This document shows, piece by piece, positions 23,301 through 35,623 of a DNA stretch of 64,000 nucleotides. Under the pieces are notes generated by a model. The model saw nothing but the letters and a program-made list of their open reading frames with translations. It had not been told where the DNA came from and made no database searches. The stretch lies in NCBI GenBank assembly GCA_977018835.1, contig OZ361256.1, positions 1,364,001 to 1,428,000 on the forward strand. The letters run 5' to 3'. Position numbers and translations under genes: made by a program. Positions within the stretch are counted from its first letter, which is position 1. The number at the start of each line of letters is the position of its first letter. The DNA is from Minutocellus sp. GHC0000111. Its lineage: Eukaryota.

Positions 23301-25530
23301 ACGAATGAGAGTCAGTCATTTCCTGGTCGTCGTCAACGGCAACTGACTTTTTCACTGAAATGCGTTCGGCAGTTTCAACACCATTGACGGGCGGCGATGT
23401 GTCCGCCAAGCTCTGGTACCATGGCACATGTACATGTAGATGCAATCGTTCGCTTTCTACGTACGAGTGATCAGTGTATGTTTGGACTGTTCTTTGCAAC
23501 CAGGAAATGAAGAATATCCTTCATAATGTGTTGCCCGCCAAATGAATCGAACAAAATCTATTGCAGAGAGTGGTCCAGCAATTCATTCCTTTTCAGTTGA
23601 CAAGACTTGAGGCACCGAGCTAACGATTCCTCAAGGATATTTCCCACTTTTTCTATGTCATCGGCCTGCGCCAGATTGGTTCGTTCAATTGTTGTTGTTG
23701 GAAAAGGCATGCATACATCATAGGATGTTGTTGGTGAATGAATTCAGGTTATTTGCTGCATGCACAGTGAACCTACGATGCTGCCTGCTACGTTCAAACA
23801 TGGACATTGCTACACGTATCTTCGTCTTGAATTACCGATTCAATTTTTCCAATAAAAAATTTGATGGTTTCGTGATGCAAAATATTTCGTTTTGTGGGCT
23901 GGCTGGTAAGAAGGTTGCACATGCAGTTAGTTGTTCGATTCGATCGATGCCGACAAACTCTCTCTTGGTTGGTGCCCATTGATGCAATGTATGCCTACTG
24001 CGCTGATATGCAATGCATTCTCGCGGCTGCTTCTATTATGCAATCAGGAGTACATGTAGGAATTCCGCCTGGAATGGTGAGGCGACTTCGAAGCTGAAGA
24101 GCTCAGCCGAGGAGGAGTCAATTTTTGCGATGGCCGCCGGGAAGAGTGACGGAACCCGGGGTTCACAAAGAATTTAGTGCGGATGCTGAGTGGAATATCT
24201 AACCGAGAAATAATTGACCTCGAAGGCGCCAACATTGTCGTGTGACAGTCATCTCGACTGCAAAGGGAGCTTCTGCCTGTCTACTTCGGAATAAACTTTT
24301 CGTTGACAACTTTTGAAATACTGCTTACCTCTCTGGGATTTCACTTATCGTCTTGCTACGATGATAGGAAGGTATTTTCTTTGACTGAGGCCAATGCGGA
24401 CATTGTGAAAATTCTGACGGGCCAGGCCAGTGAAGGAAGCTACTAGACGAAGCTAGTTAGTCTAGCCAGACTAAAATAGACTTCAATGCAGCTAGATCGA
24501 CAAGGCACGTCTTGCACTAAGCTCGATCTACATTAGATACGTGGGCCTAGAAATCTCTAGGTGCATTAGAAAGGACCTACATAGAGTAATTATGAGCTAG
24601 ATAGCTATATAAACATTGCCCTTTCCATGACAATTACATGTATAACGATTTTCTACGTAGACGTTTATAGGATCGACATAATCAGTAGATGAGGAACGAA
24701 GAAAGTAGGACAAGCAAAGCCAGCCGCAGATAATTACTCATAGTGCCGTTCAGGTCCACTTCTAAATCCTCTAAACTGCTCGTAGTAACCATATTCTTGA
24801 CTCGAATGACGAGCCGAGAATCCGTCACTATCAGAGCACCTACCAGTCTCAAAATGATTCTTTGCCTCCTCAGCGACCCTAGCTGCCTCTCCTCTCGTGC
24901 CTCGAACAAAATGCAGTCGTGATCTCTTATGCAGAGAGAGACCGCGGGCAATGAAATTTTACATGTACATGAGTCGAGAATATGGTTACTACGAGCAGTT
25001 TAGAGGATTTAGAAGTGGACCTGAACGGCGCTATGAGTAATTATTTGCGGCTGGTTTTGCTTGTTCTAACCTACTTTCTCCACTTTCCAACGCCTGAGTA
25101 TGTCAACATGATAAAACGACTATGTAGAAAATTGTTATACATGTACCGGGTACAAATATAGATCTACTGTAGGCCTAGATCTATTGTGCACTGCCACTGC
25201 TATTTGTCTGTCAATGGTGCCTAACTGCATGTGTAAATTAACATCTCTACCGGTACGTAAACGTATATTATCGAATTGCCATCGTTTTATCGAATTGCCA
25301 TCTTGAGGAGATAGGATCAATAGGCAGACTAGATCGAGGACAAGTAGCGGCAAGAACAAAGGTGCTCGGGGAGAAACAATGCTGGAACTTTTGACTCGCT
25401 CGTATCATAAGATGCCTTGCAACGAAGAAATTCTCCCGGCGATTCGTACTATCTACGTAGCTAGTCTAGTAGGACCAACTACGTACAATGTAGGAAATCT
25501 CTGCACTAATCAGGGAAGGAGAAACTCAAA

Positions 25531-27299
25531 CTAGACTTCGACGTGAACATGGGCATCCTCTTCGGCGTTGGCTGAAGATGCCGCTAAATGCTTGGCCACT
25601 TGTTCCACGACGGCCGTGGCAGTTTCCTCCTCGGACTTGCCAACATCATCACCAGCATGTGTCCTGGCGTTGGCTCCGTTTCCGCCCTCATCTTCGCATT
25701 CAGGGTGGGTCTTCCTCTTGCGAAGCCTCCACGTAAAACCAATCTTATTCAGCTTCTCCATGCGTTCGTCCGTCATGGCAGACTGCTTGCCATCCATTTT
25801 CAGTCTGTAGGCCTTCCTCTGCTGTCCGACCCATTCGCCTAGCTTTGGGTCATCCTTTCTCATGGGAACATTGCAGTCACCATTCCGAGCCTTGTATTCC
25901 TTGAGATCCTGGTAGTGAGCTGGGGAAAAGGAGCGTAGAGTGTAAATGGAGGAATTGGATGAATTTGAATTTCGGGGTGAGACAAGTGATGAACCGTATT
26001 AAACCGGGGGATGCGGACAATCATTCACAATAGATTCAGATACACTCGTTCGCATGCAATCTAGCTAGCGCCGGCCCGCCTGTCCAATAACTTACACTCC
26101 CAACTTTTGGGATCGATGGTGACCCACTTCATTCCGATCGCATCGAGTTGAGCGATCCGATCATCGGTCATCTGCGACTTCTTTCCATCTCTCTTCATTC
26201 TCGCCTGTTGGCGTTGAGTATCCACCCAACGAGCGAGCCCCCTGTGCTCCTTGTCCTTCTGGGGAACCAGAACGTGGCCGTGCTTTTCCTTGTAGGCCTT
26301 GAGCTCCTCCAGTCGGGTCTCCCAAGGGGTCAACGAACGAAGAGTCCATTCGAAGCCGATTGCTTCAAGCTTGGCGATTCTCTCGGCCGTAATGGAGGTA
26401 GCCTTGCCTTCGTTCCTGATCCGATAGTACTGGCGTTGAGCATTCACCCACTTTCCTAGAGAAGGATTTTCCTTCCACTTGTTGGGCACATTGCACGATC
26501 CATGCTCTGCCCGGTATTTCATCAGCTCCTGAAGGCGTTCCTGTTTGAATATGTAAAGCAAGAGGAATCAAAAAGACAAGGTTAGACCATCGAAATCCAC
26601 GTACTGGCTAGTACTAGTAGCGTCGTCCAGAAATTTCAGTGTTATGTCCAGCGCTCCGACTACTATCGATCAAAAGAGAGATCGCAGCATACACACTTAC
26701 ATCCCAGAGGCTCTCCTGGATCGACCAGCGGAAACCCATCTCCTTTAAGATTCTGATCCTTTCTTGGCTAAGGGAAGACTTCTTCGTCGGCTCCTTGCTA
26801 ATCACCTTGTAGTGACTGTTCGAGTATGCGGGGAGAAAGAAATGCATGCGATCACCAGTGAGCGAAGGAAATATTATCAAATCACAATAGTTCACAACGC
26901 TATCACGCAGCCAGCAAGCCAGCTACGCAGCTAAATAGATACGCAATAGACACAAGTACAATCTGGCTAGCTAGATAGATAGATTGTACATTGTACCCTC
27001 AACTCACCGGCGCTGCTCCGCCACCAGGTGGCAAGCTGAGGGTTGGCGGGATACCTGTTCGGGACGTTTGTGTGGCCAGTGGCGGCCTTGAACTCCCGCA
27101 GTTGGTTGAGTCGGTGATCCCAGGAGGGGTTATTGCCGGGTGCGTACGTCTCGGGGGCGGGAGAGACATCGACCGAAGCACCCGCAGCTGCAGCGACTGC
27201 CTCGGCCATTGCGGCGGCAGCTGCGGCGGTTTCGCCGAGAGGCGGGGGAGGGATGGAATCGTCGACAATCTTTTGGGTCTTGGAGGGACGCTCGGACAT
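25531..27299 (-). pseudogene. Helicase-associated (HA) repeat protein with 4 repeats; exons 27299-27008, 26815-26701, 26540-26096, 25919-25531; apparent 1-nt frameshift at the end of exon 1
   Basis: WDHRLNQLREFKAATGHTNVP, WDERLQELMKYRAEHGSCNVP, WETRLEELKAYKEKHGHVLVP, WESHYQDLKEYKARNGDCNVP, LGxWVxxQR. Exon 1 ends in phase 1 but exon 2 needs phase 2. Confidence 0.8.
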
Positions 27300-28174
27300 G
27301 ATTCGATTCGATTCCTGCTGAAACGACAACGGCAGTAGAAATACAACTACAGTAGGAGGAAAAGAGAGGGGAATTGGTTGGACGATTTTTGAATTGAAAA
27401 GAACGCCAAGAGTTGATTTTTCCGACGTTTCCCGTTGCAGTGATGGGAACCGATTGGATACCACCGATTTCTCCGCAACTACCCGGTCAACACCCCTCGG
27501 AAAACTTACGGGAAGTGCGGTAAGGGTCTTTTCGTTAATATCCAATGTTAATTGGGGCGCGGTGTAGGCAGCAACGAGATATCAAAAGGCAAGGATGACT
27601 TGCTCGGCAGAAATTATGCTGTGGTACTGTGGTCATGGGGACGCCCGTTTGGTCATGGGGATGGCCGTTTGCGCGATGAATGGACTGACTCACTCGACTC
27701 GTTTCTACATGGCTGGCGAGAGGTCTTGGTGGTGTGCCAGGTGAAGCTTCGACAGACCATGGGCGGTCTGAAGAGGTTTATACATTCACGCATATGTAGG
27801 CGAAACCCCTTCGTTACATGTATTACCTTCCTTAAACCTTATTTTTGCTACCGGTACATGGCGTTGCCATGTCATCACTAAAAAATAAGAGTGTGTCCTC
27901 TCAGTTGAGACCTCTCAGAGAGTCAGTCAGATGTTGTTGCTGCTGCTTCTTCTTCGCACATTTGAACGACTTTTCATTCAACAGACCTCAGGTCCCAAAT
28001 GGATTTCTTTACATGTACCAGTATATAGATGGGGAGGGGCTGTACTTAGTATTGCAGTGCATGTATTTTGGCTTGAACCTTCTTGTTCTCTTCAAGATGA
28101 CAATTTGATGATGCATATGTACATCCTTTACATTGTATCTCGCATACATATGTACTAGATCTACATGTAGTCTA

Positions 28175-28714
28175 CAGTCCGTCCCCGATGATAAGCATAT
28201 TTGATATGCTTGTTTGGGACCTCGAATTTTAGCTGCTGATAAGCATAAGCAGACCTCAGCTTTAGCGTCATGCTTATTTTTCTCTCATGGCAGGCCCTCA
28301 GACGTAACAGTCAGGCCCTCAGTTGTCTTTTTCTTTGAATGGGGCTGGAACGCGGTGTCGTTCATTCCAGGACTTTGGTGGGGATGCTCTATCTTTCCAA
28401 GGAGAACTTTGAGAAGCTTCTTCGTTATGGTGAGGAAGAGGCTTCTCTGGAGGCCGGGTTGAAGGCTTGGTGTGTAGTCAAGCTGGAATAAGGCTGGTCT
28501 TGCGGTCTGGAGAGGTTTCACATTGTTTGCGCGAGTAATCCGGGTAGATCTAATGCTGCTTCCTCTCCTTAGACCTTATTTTTTTTGCTACTTGGTATTG
28601 CCACGTCATCATCAAATAAGCATATGCTTAGGTGAGACCTCAGATTTTGCCTTTACATAAGCATTTTGAGACCACAGCCCCAGAATGGATATGCTTATCA
28701 TCGGGGACGGACTG
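28175..28714. mobile_element. MITE-1: 540-bp Tc1/mariner-type non-autonomous element, 26-bp TIR, TA target duplication (copy 45320-45859)
   Basis: ta|cagtccgtccccgatgataagcatat ... atatgcttatcatcggggacggactg|ta. Confidence 0.92.
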
Positions 28715-30762
28715 TACATGTACATTATACATGAACACACGCACATGTAGCTGGGTACATTTTATAATATATATGTTAGTCCCAAAATGCGCACTGTCCC
28801 AGTTCGCGAACTGGGATCCCAGTTTGCGAACTGAGATTCATTTATCCCAGTTTGCGCACTGGGCCCCAGTTCCCAAACTAGGATCCCAGTTTGCGCACTG
28901 ATACTACCAGAATGTAAACTGAGATAAATAAGCTAATCCGAATATGGGAACCAGACGAGTTCGCGAACTGGAACAATAATAAATACCAGTTTGGAAACTG
29001 GTGTTCTCGGCAAGTGCCAGAATGGTAACTGCCGCGCCGGTGTTGGCTCATGCACAACGACTATTTTGTACATGTACTGGTAGATCTATCTACAATACAA
29101 GTTGCACTGTGCATCACATCTTGAATTTGCAAATTAAAAAATGAAGCGAGGAGAAGCAAAGGCGATATCATCCTTGCTAAATATTCATTATTTCTCGATC
29201 GATCCCAGTTTGCAAACTGAGATTGTGCCTGTGATCCCAGTTTCCAAACTGGGATAAATAAATCCCAGTTCGCAAACTGGGATCCCAGTTCGCGAACTGG
29301 GACAGTGCGCATTTTGGGACTAACATATATATATATATAGGTAACACGTTAACGGTTACAGTCCAGAATTCAGTCATACAGATTGATAAATCCTGCAGGT
29401 CATTTGCCTCAAAGACAAGGTCGGTCGTTGGAATCCTCTAGCTAGCATACACATATGATCTCCAGCTAGACTACTCCTTTGCGGATTCGTGCAAACTTTT
29501 ACTTGTGGCTTGGTTTTCTTCAGCTGCTGCCAGCGCCACTTCCTCTCGATCGAGTGCGGCATTATCATCGTCGAGGACGGTCATGTCCACTGCCTCATCG
29601 TCATCATTTCCCTCGACCATAGCAACAGTAGTTGCTCCAAGCGTTGTTTCTCCATCTTCTTCCTCGCTGGCGTCCGGATTGTCGACCTTGCTATTTTCTT
29701 CGTCTTTGTCTGCTACTGCCACGGTGGCAACACCGGCTCCAGCAGCGCCTCAAGCGGCGACAGCAGCTGCAAGGGCTGCTGTATCATTGTCATCAATAGG
29801 AGCAGCCTCGATATCTTTTTCATCTGCCTCGTCTTGATCGTCATCACTGCCATTGACCTCTTTCTTCTTGCAGCATTGGCAACACGCTTCTCTGCTGCAA
29901 ATTTTCTCTTTGGGAAAGGGGGCAGCAAATGACTGGATCATGGCAATGAAATATAAACACATTGCGACGATCGACCAGATGCTTGAAGTAGAAGTGGTAC
30001 ACATCGACTGACTGCACGCGCTATCTCCGATTGCCATGAAAGTGAGGCCCTGCGACACAGCGGCCACGATGTACATTATTCCAAGACCATATTGCAATCC
30101 AGTAACGGGACAGCACATCTCCATGAGGAAGGTCATGAGCAACACGATGGTCGCAACGCCGCCAGTAGTCAAAGCTATCACTCCCATCAGCTGTGCCACT
30201 TGGAAGTAGATACCGAACTGATCAGTGATGTATCCTGGCGTTTCGACGCAATATGAGTTGCCGGGTGGAACCCTAACCCTAACGACGACAAAACCGCGCG
30301 CTTGTTTGTGGGTCTAGGAATTCCTACCTGTAGATCTAGATCTACCGATAATTAAGTTCAATCGATGTTAATAAGGTCTAGTACTTTTACAGTGATAATA
30401 ACATGTATTTATGGCGTGTGAATCCGTTTGAAACAAAGGCACAGGAAGAAGGCCAACAACCACACCTGTCACTGTCCAGGATCATCATCAAGGCACGCAT
30501 TTTACGCATGAGATTGGTACGGGGAGGAAGCTGGATGATTATTGACGAAGTGTGGGTAATGGGACGGGTTGGTGAGATCAGATTTTGAAGTTGTTTTTTG
30601 GCACGTAGGACAAAGGCGGCATGTGGGTAGAAGAGAAGAAAGAGGGGGAGGGACACAGAGAAGAACCTTCAAAGCCAGGGCAAACTCCTTGCTTTTTCCT
30701 CCCATCTGTCTCACTTCTACACCGAAATCTTTAGCCAGACAAGACTTTGATTCAAGACCAAT

Positions 30763-31966
30763 CTAGCAAAGCTGGCTGAAGAAGCCACCGGTCGTGGGCT
30801 CACCATTGGCGGCATCCTTCTCCTTCTTCTTCTTGAGGAACCAGTAGCCGCCTCCAAGGGCGGCGGCGATGATGAGGATGATGAGGAAGACTTTGCCACC
30901 GTTGCCCTTGGCCTCACTGGCCTTGAGCTCGGCCTCAAGGGACTCAATCTCTTCGCAGCCGTTCTGGTACATGGCATCACAACGGAGGGCGGGGTTCTCA
31001 ATGAGACGCATGCACATGTCCTTGGCCTCGAGCTCTCCGTCTTCGTTGTAGTTGGAGCAGCTGGAATACTGTCCACCAAGACCGCCGCTGGAGTAAGGGA
31101 CCTCCTGGCCAGTGAACTCGTAGTAGGAGGTCGTGGAATCAGTGGTACAGTACTCGTCGGAGAAGAAGCCGAGCTGTGGTAATGATGTGATGTGAGGTAG
31201 ATGTGTATGTAACAGTTGTTGTTAGAGTTGACGATGACGAATATCAGTTGATGCATGTGCAACTAACTGATACATATAAAATGAGCATAGGAGAATGAAT
31301 AGCAAAAGGTAACACGAGTAAAGCATACAAACGAATCAATAAACTTACAGCAATGTCGGTGCCGACAATCTTCTTGCCCTTGCTGTCCATGACGTTGACG
31401 CACTTGGGTCCGATGTAGTAGAAATCGACCTGCTCAAGCTTACGCTTGCGGCCCTCATCGTCGCCCATCTCCATGTCGGCCTCGACGCACTGGGAGTATT
31501 CTCCGAGGTCGAACTCGTCGTCGTCCTGCTGGCCGTTGGCCTCAGCCTCCTCGCGCATGTTCTCGGCGGTGGCCTCGGTGTAGGTGTTGATACCAACGAC
31601 GTAGTCGCCATAGGACTCGTCGTCGGTGCAGCCAAAGGCGGACTGGGACTCGACGTCATTGGGGCAAAGGCGGTAGATGACGGCGGACGACTCGTCACCC
31701 TCGTCACCCTGGACCTTGTAGTCGGCGACGCACTGGACGAACTTCATGCGGTAGTTGGTGAGGAAGTAGAACTCATCCTCCTCGGCCTGGTCCTCGTTGT
31801 TCTGCTCCGCGTCTTCGAGCTTACGGGAGGCACGGACGAGCTTGCGGGCGTGGCGGCCGGCAATCTTTTGCGAGGCGGTGAGGTCGACGGCCTTCTTGGC
31901 GGCGGCAGGCTTCTTGGCGGCGGCGAGGCCGGATGAGGCAAGGACGAGGGAGGTGGCGAGCTTCAT
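30763..31966 (-). CDS. Silicanin-1-like protein, copy 2
   Basis: Same translation as 10656-11859 at +20107. Confidence 0.8.
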
Positions 31967-34900
31967 GGTGGATTGGAAGCGGGTGGGTCTTTGGTTGTGA
32001 GGAGCACTGAATGATACCAAGAAGTGTTTTGCAGATCGTCGAGAACTCGAGCAGTTCAGTCTTTCAAAAGGAGGAAAATCGCCAAAACTCTCGAGCACGT
32101 AAAAACAAGCACAGCACAAGCACAGGTGACACCCAAATGATACTCTCATAAAACGAAAAATTTCACTATCGAAATCTAAGCGAAAATTACAGGGTGGTTA
32201 CCAAGCGGCTAATGCCGGGGGCTAGAGGCGGATGTACACTAGCTAGTGCTGCTCCATCGCTCAATGTCGCACGCGGACCATGCCAACGTTGTTCATCATT
32301 CACCACGAAAAACCTTTGCTGTCGTCGGATGCCCCGTCTCAAGCAATGGGGATTGCCAATCTTCAACGATGACACATACATCGAACACAGCACCTCCCTC
32401 CGCTGATTCTCCCAACTCTATGCAACTTAGTAGAACATGAAATGCAGTTAGTTTAACTACGTGAACTGGAGCTGGCATTGGCGGTAAATGAAACTTCTTA
32501 GAGGGTGAGGTCCCCGCTGATTCTCCCAACTCTCTGTGCAACTTAGTAGAACATGAAATGCAGTTTAACTACGTGAACTGGAGCTGGCATTGGCGGAATC
32601 ATTAGCATAACGGTGCGAGGTCGCGGACAGCAGTTTCAGGGACCCGGTTTTCGGGTCTTTGGGCAAAGTCTCATAAAAATCAGCACAAACGCACGCAGCA
32701 AGCAGCATTTATTTGCTGTCGTCCTGTCTTCAAGATGGCGGTGACGGCAGTGCCGACGGCATCCGCTTCACGCAAGGGATAAGCGTGGTGTCTCCAGAAC
32801 GGTTTGGTCCTTGACCTTGGACCGACTCGGAGATATCGATTTCATCTTCCCATAACAGCGTCTGGCCGATTCACCCCCCCCCCCCATCCATCGCCCCTCC
32901 CGACTTCTGCCAGTTTTTCCGATGACAACCGGTCACCTCCTCCACCTCCCGACCCCACCACCACCTCCCAAATGCATTGATTCAAGTAGCCATGTGGTTT
33001 GAGCTCCGATATCGGTCTCCATGGTCCCCATAATGGCGTATCTTATGCGGTCCGGGTGACCCCGCGCCAAAATCGAGCGGGCCAAAAAAATCATCACCCG
33101 CCCGGCGCGCCCGCCACTCAATGAAACCTTCCTCATTTCCAACCCACCCGAAATGCAAACTGTTGCTCTACTGCCACAAAATACTGCATCCAACACCATA
33201 TTAATGCAAATGGCTGTCACTACTGCTGCCACCGCAGCTGATGCGTCGACGATCCAGCGGGGAAAGCCGGCGGCGCACTGACGTCGTCCCTCCTCAAGGT
33301 ACGAGGTCGCGGACAGCAGTTTTTCAGGGACCCGGTTTTCGGGTCTTTGGGCAAAATCTCATAAAAATCAGCACAAACGCACACAGCAAGCAGCATTTAT
33401 TTGCTGTCGTCCTGTCTTCAAGATGGCGGGGTGACGGCAGTGCCGACGACGGCATCCGCTTCACGCGCAAGGGACAAGCGTGGTGTCTCCAGAACGGGTT
33501 GGTCCTTGACCTTGGAGACCGACTCGGAGATGTCGATTTCATCTTCCCATAACAGCGTCTGGCCGACTCACCCCATCCATCGCCCCTCCCGACTTCTGCC
33601 AGTTTTTCCGATGACAACCGGTCACCTCCTCTCCACCTCCCGACCCCACCACCACCTCCCAAATGCATTGATTCAAGTAGCCACATGGTTTGAGCTCCGA
33701 CATCGGTCTCCATGGTCCCCCCACAATGGCGTGTCTCATGCGGTCCGGGTGACCCCGCGCCAAAATCGAGCGGGCCAAAAAAATCATCACCCGCCCGGCG
33801 CGCCCGCCACTCAATGAAACCTTCCTCATTTCCAACCCACCCGACATGCAAACACTGTTGCTCTACTGCCACAAAATACTGCATCCAACACCATGTTATT
33901 AATGCAAATGGCTGTTGCTGCTGCTGCCACCGCAGCTGATGCGCCAGCATGTCGCCGCTCCCGTCGGTCCGGCAGCTCCATCCCATGCTTTGATTATTTT
34001 GTCCATCGGAGCGGCACCATCGATGCCTCTACGATTCGTGGCAAGTCTCCTGGGATGATCCAGACCATAGCGAACCGGGCATGGGCGGGCCTCTCACTTC
34101 AGAAACAGCAGGATGTTGTGGAGCAAGCCCGAGAGGAGGAGCTGTGCTGTCCGAGCCAGACCGGTCCTGATCCGGCACAAGATGTGCCGATTTCTCAAAT
34201 TCAAATTGCTCGGCGCAATTCGTCATCCAATAACGCCGATGCCAGCCCTGAGCCGACGGTCGAGGAGACAATGCTGGCATCGCTGCTCGTCCTGGTGATG
34301 ACAATGTCGAAGCTGGGGGCATCGCCGAGTCCATGGTGGTGGATGGAAGCGGCAACAGTGAAGAATCTGGCAATCCTGCCAGTGTCGGTGTTTCTGCTAC
34401 CGGCACCGCCAATTCTGGTGGATCGACCGAGGAGAATTTGGATGTGCTGCTGGTTGAGGCCGAAGCGCAATGCAAAGCTGCAGAGGAGGCTTTGAAAGGG
34501 CTAAGGGACACCTTGAAACGAGAAAAGCGGAAGGATGAAAAGGCCATGGTCGATGCCGAGAAGAAAAGGAACAAAATGAAGGAGGCGATGCGTCATTTGG
34601 AGCAGAGGGCACAAATGCGTGAACATCTTCGGTCGCACAGGATGCCGACGGATGCACCACCCGAACGCAAGAAAGCAATGAGAATGGAAGACAACATGCG
34701 ACCTGCCATCAGCACTGGGGAATGTGTCCTTGTGTCTGCCGACTTCAGTCCCAACATGAATCGGCCTGAGGGTAAGGGATTTGTTATGGTCAGTCGAGGT
34801 GTCGGTGGAGGTGCTCTTTGCGATGTCCAGCATGAGAAGCCTTTTGGTGGCATGATGCATAAGAATGTGCCTCTCAAGGCCATCACCCCGATCCCACTCG

Positions 34901-35623
34901 GCCTCAATACCGATTCAATTGCCAAGGACAGGCGCAAACGGACGGCAATTTACCGAATGGAAAGAAGCGAGTTCTCCTCGTGCATTACGATGAGAAATGG
35001 TTCTGGGGTCTCGTCCTCCGAGCTTTTGCGAAGGCTTGCGAGGAAATCGGCGTGAAAAAAGCGAGATTACGCAAAAGCTCATGCCCAACACCCGAGAATG
35101 GGGCCGCAGCAGCAGGCAACTGAATGTCACACCCCCCTCAGGTCAGCCAGACTTAATCTGGCAGCTGCTTTCAAAGGATTTGTTCCAGCCAGTCAACAAT
35201 CCACAGTCCCAACAACGACACTTGGCGAGAGGTCATCATCAAGAGACACTTTTGTGTGAGAGAGCTGGTCGTCGGTCGGTCCTGTTGTTGTTGACACACG
35301 CACACCACCACACGCACGTGTGTGTGTGTGTCACGTGATTTGCAATCTTTTACATTTACGTGAAATTGTGATGTGTGCTCTTGCTAATGCAAATGCAGCT
35401 ACCTATTTCAGAATAGGATTCTATGAGATAGATTTAAGCTATGCTTAGTGGGAGGACACCACCACCGCAAGGGACCTGTGAGAGCCAGCAGCAGCAGCAG
35501 GCGCCCCTGCCGTGAGCGCCAATTAGAGTGTTTCTTTGGTCCCGCTTTTCCAAAACTAAAAGTTTTCCACATATTTTGCCTCCTTTCGCAAAACCAAACA
35601 ATTGTGTGCTTGGTCTGCGATGC

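Larger units (their letters stand above)
15518..26197. repeat. Nested tandem array A(BA)3, period 2961 bp; A=1797 bp (15518-17314), B=1164 bp (17315-18478)
   Basis: ORFs repeat at +2961; junctions ctcttca|aactcc and gcgga|cattgtg; the last A continues into the full HA gene. Confidence 0.95.
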
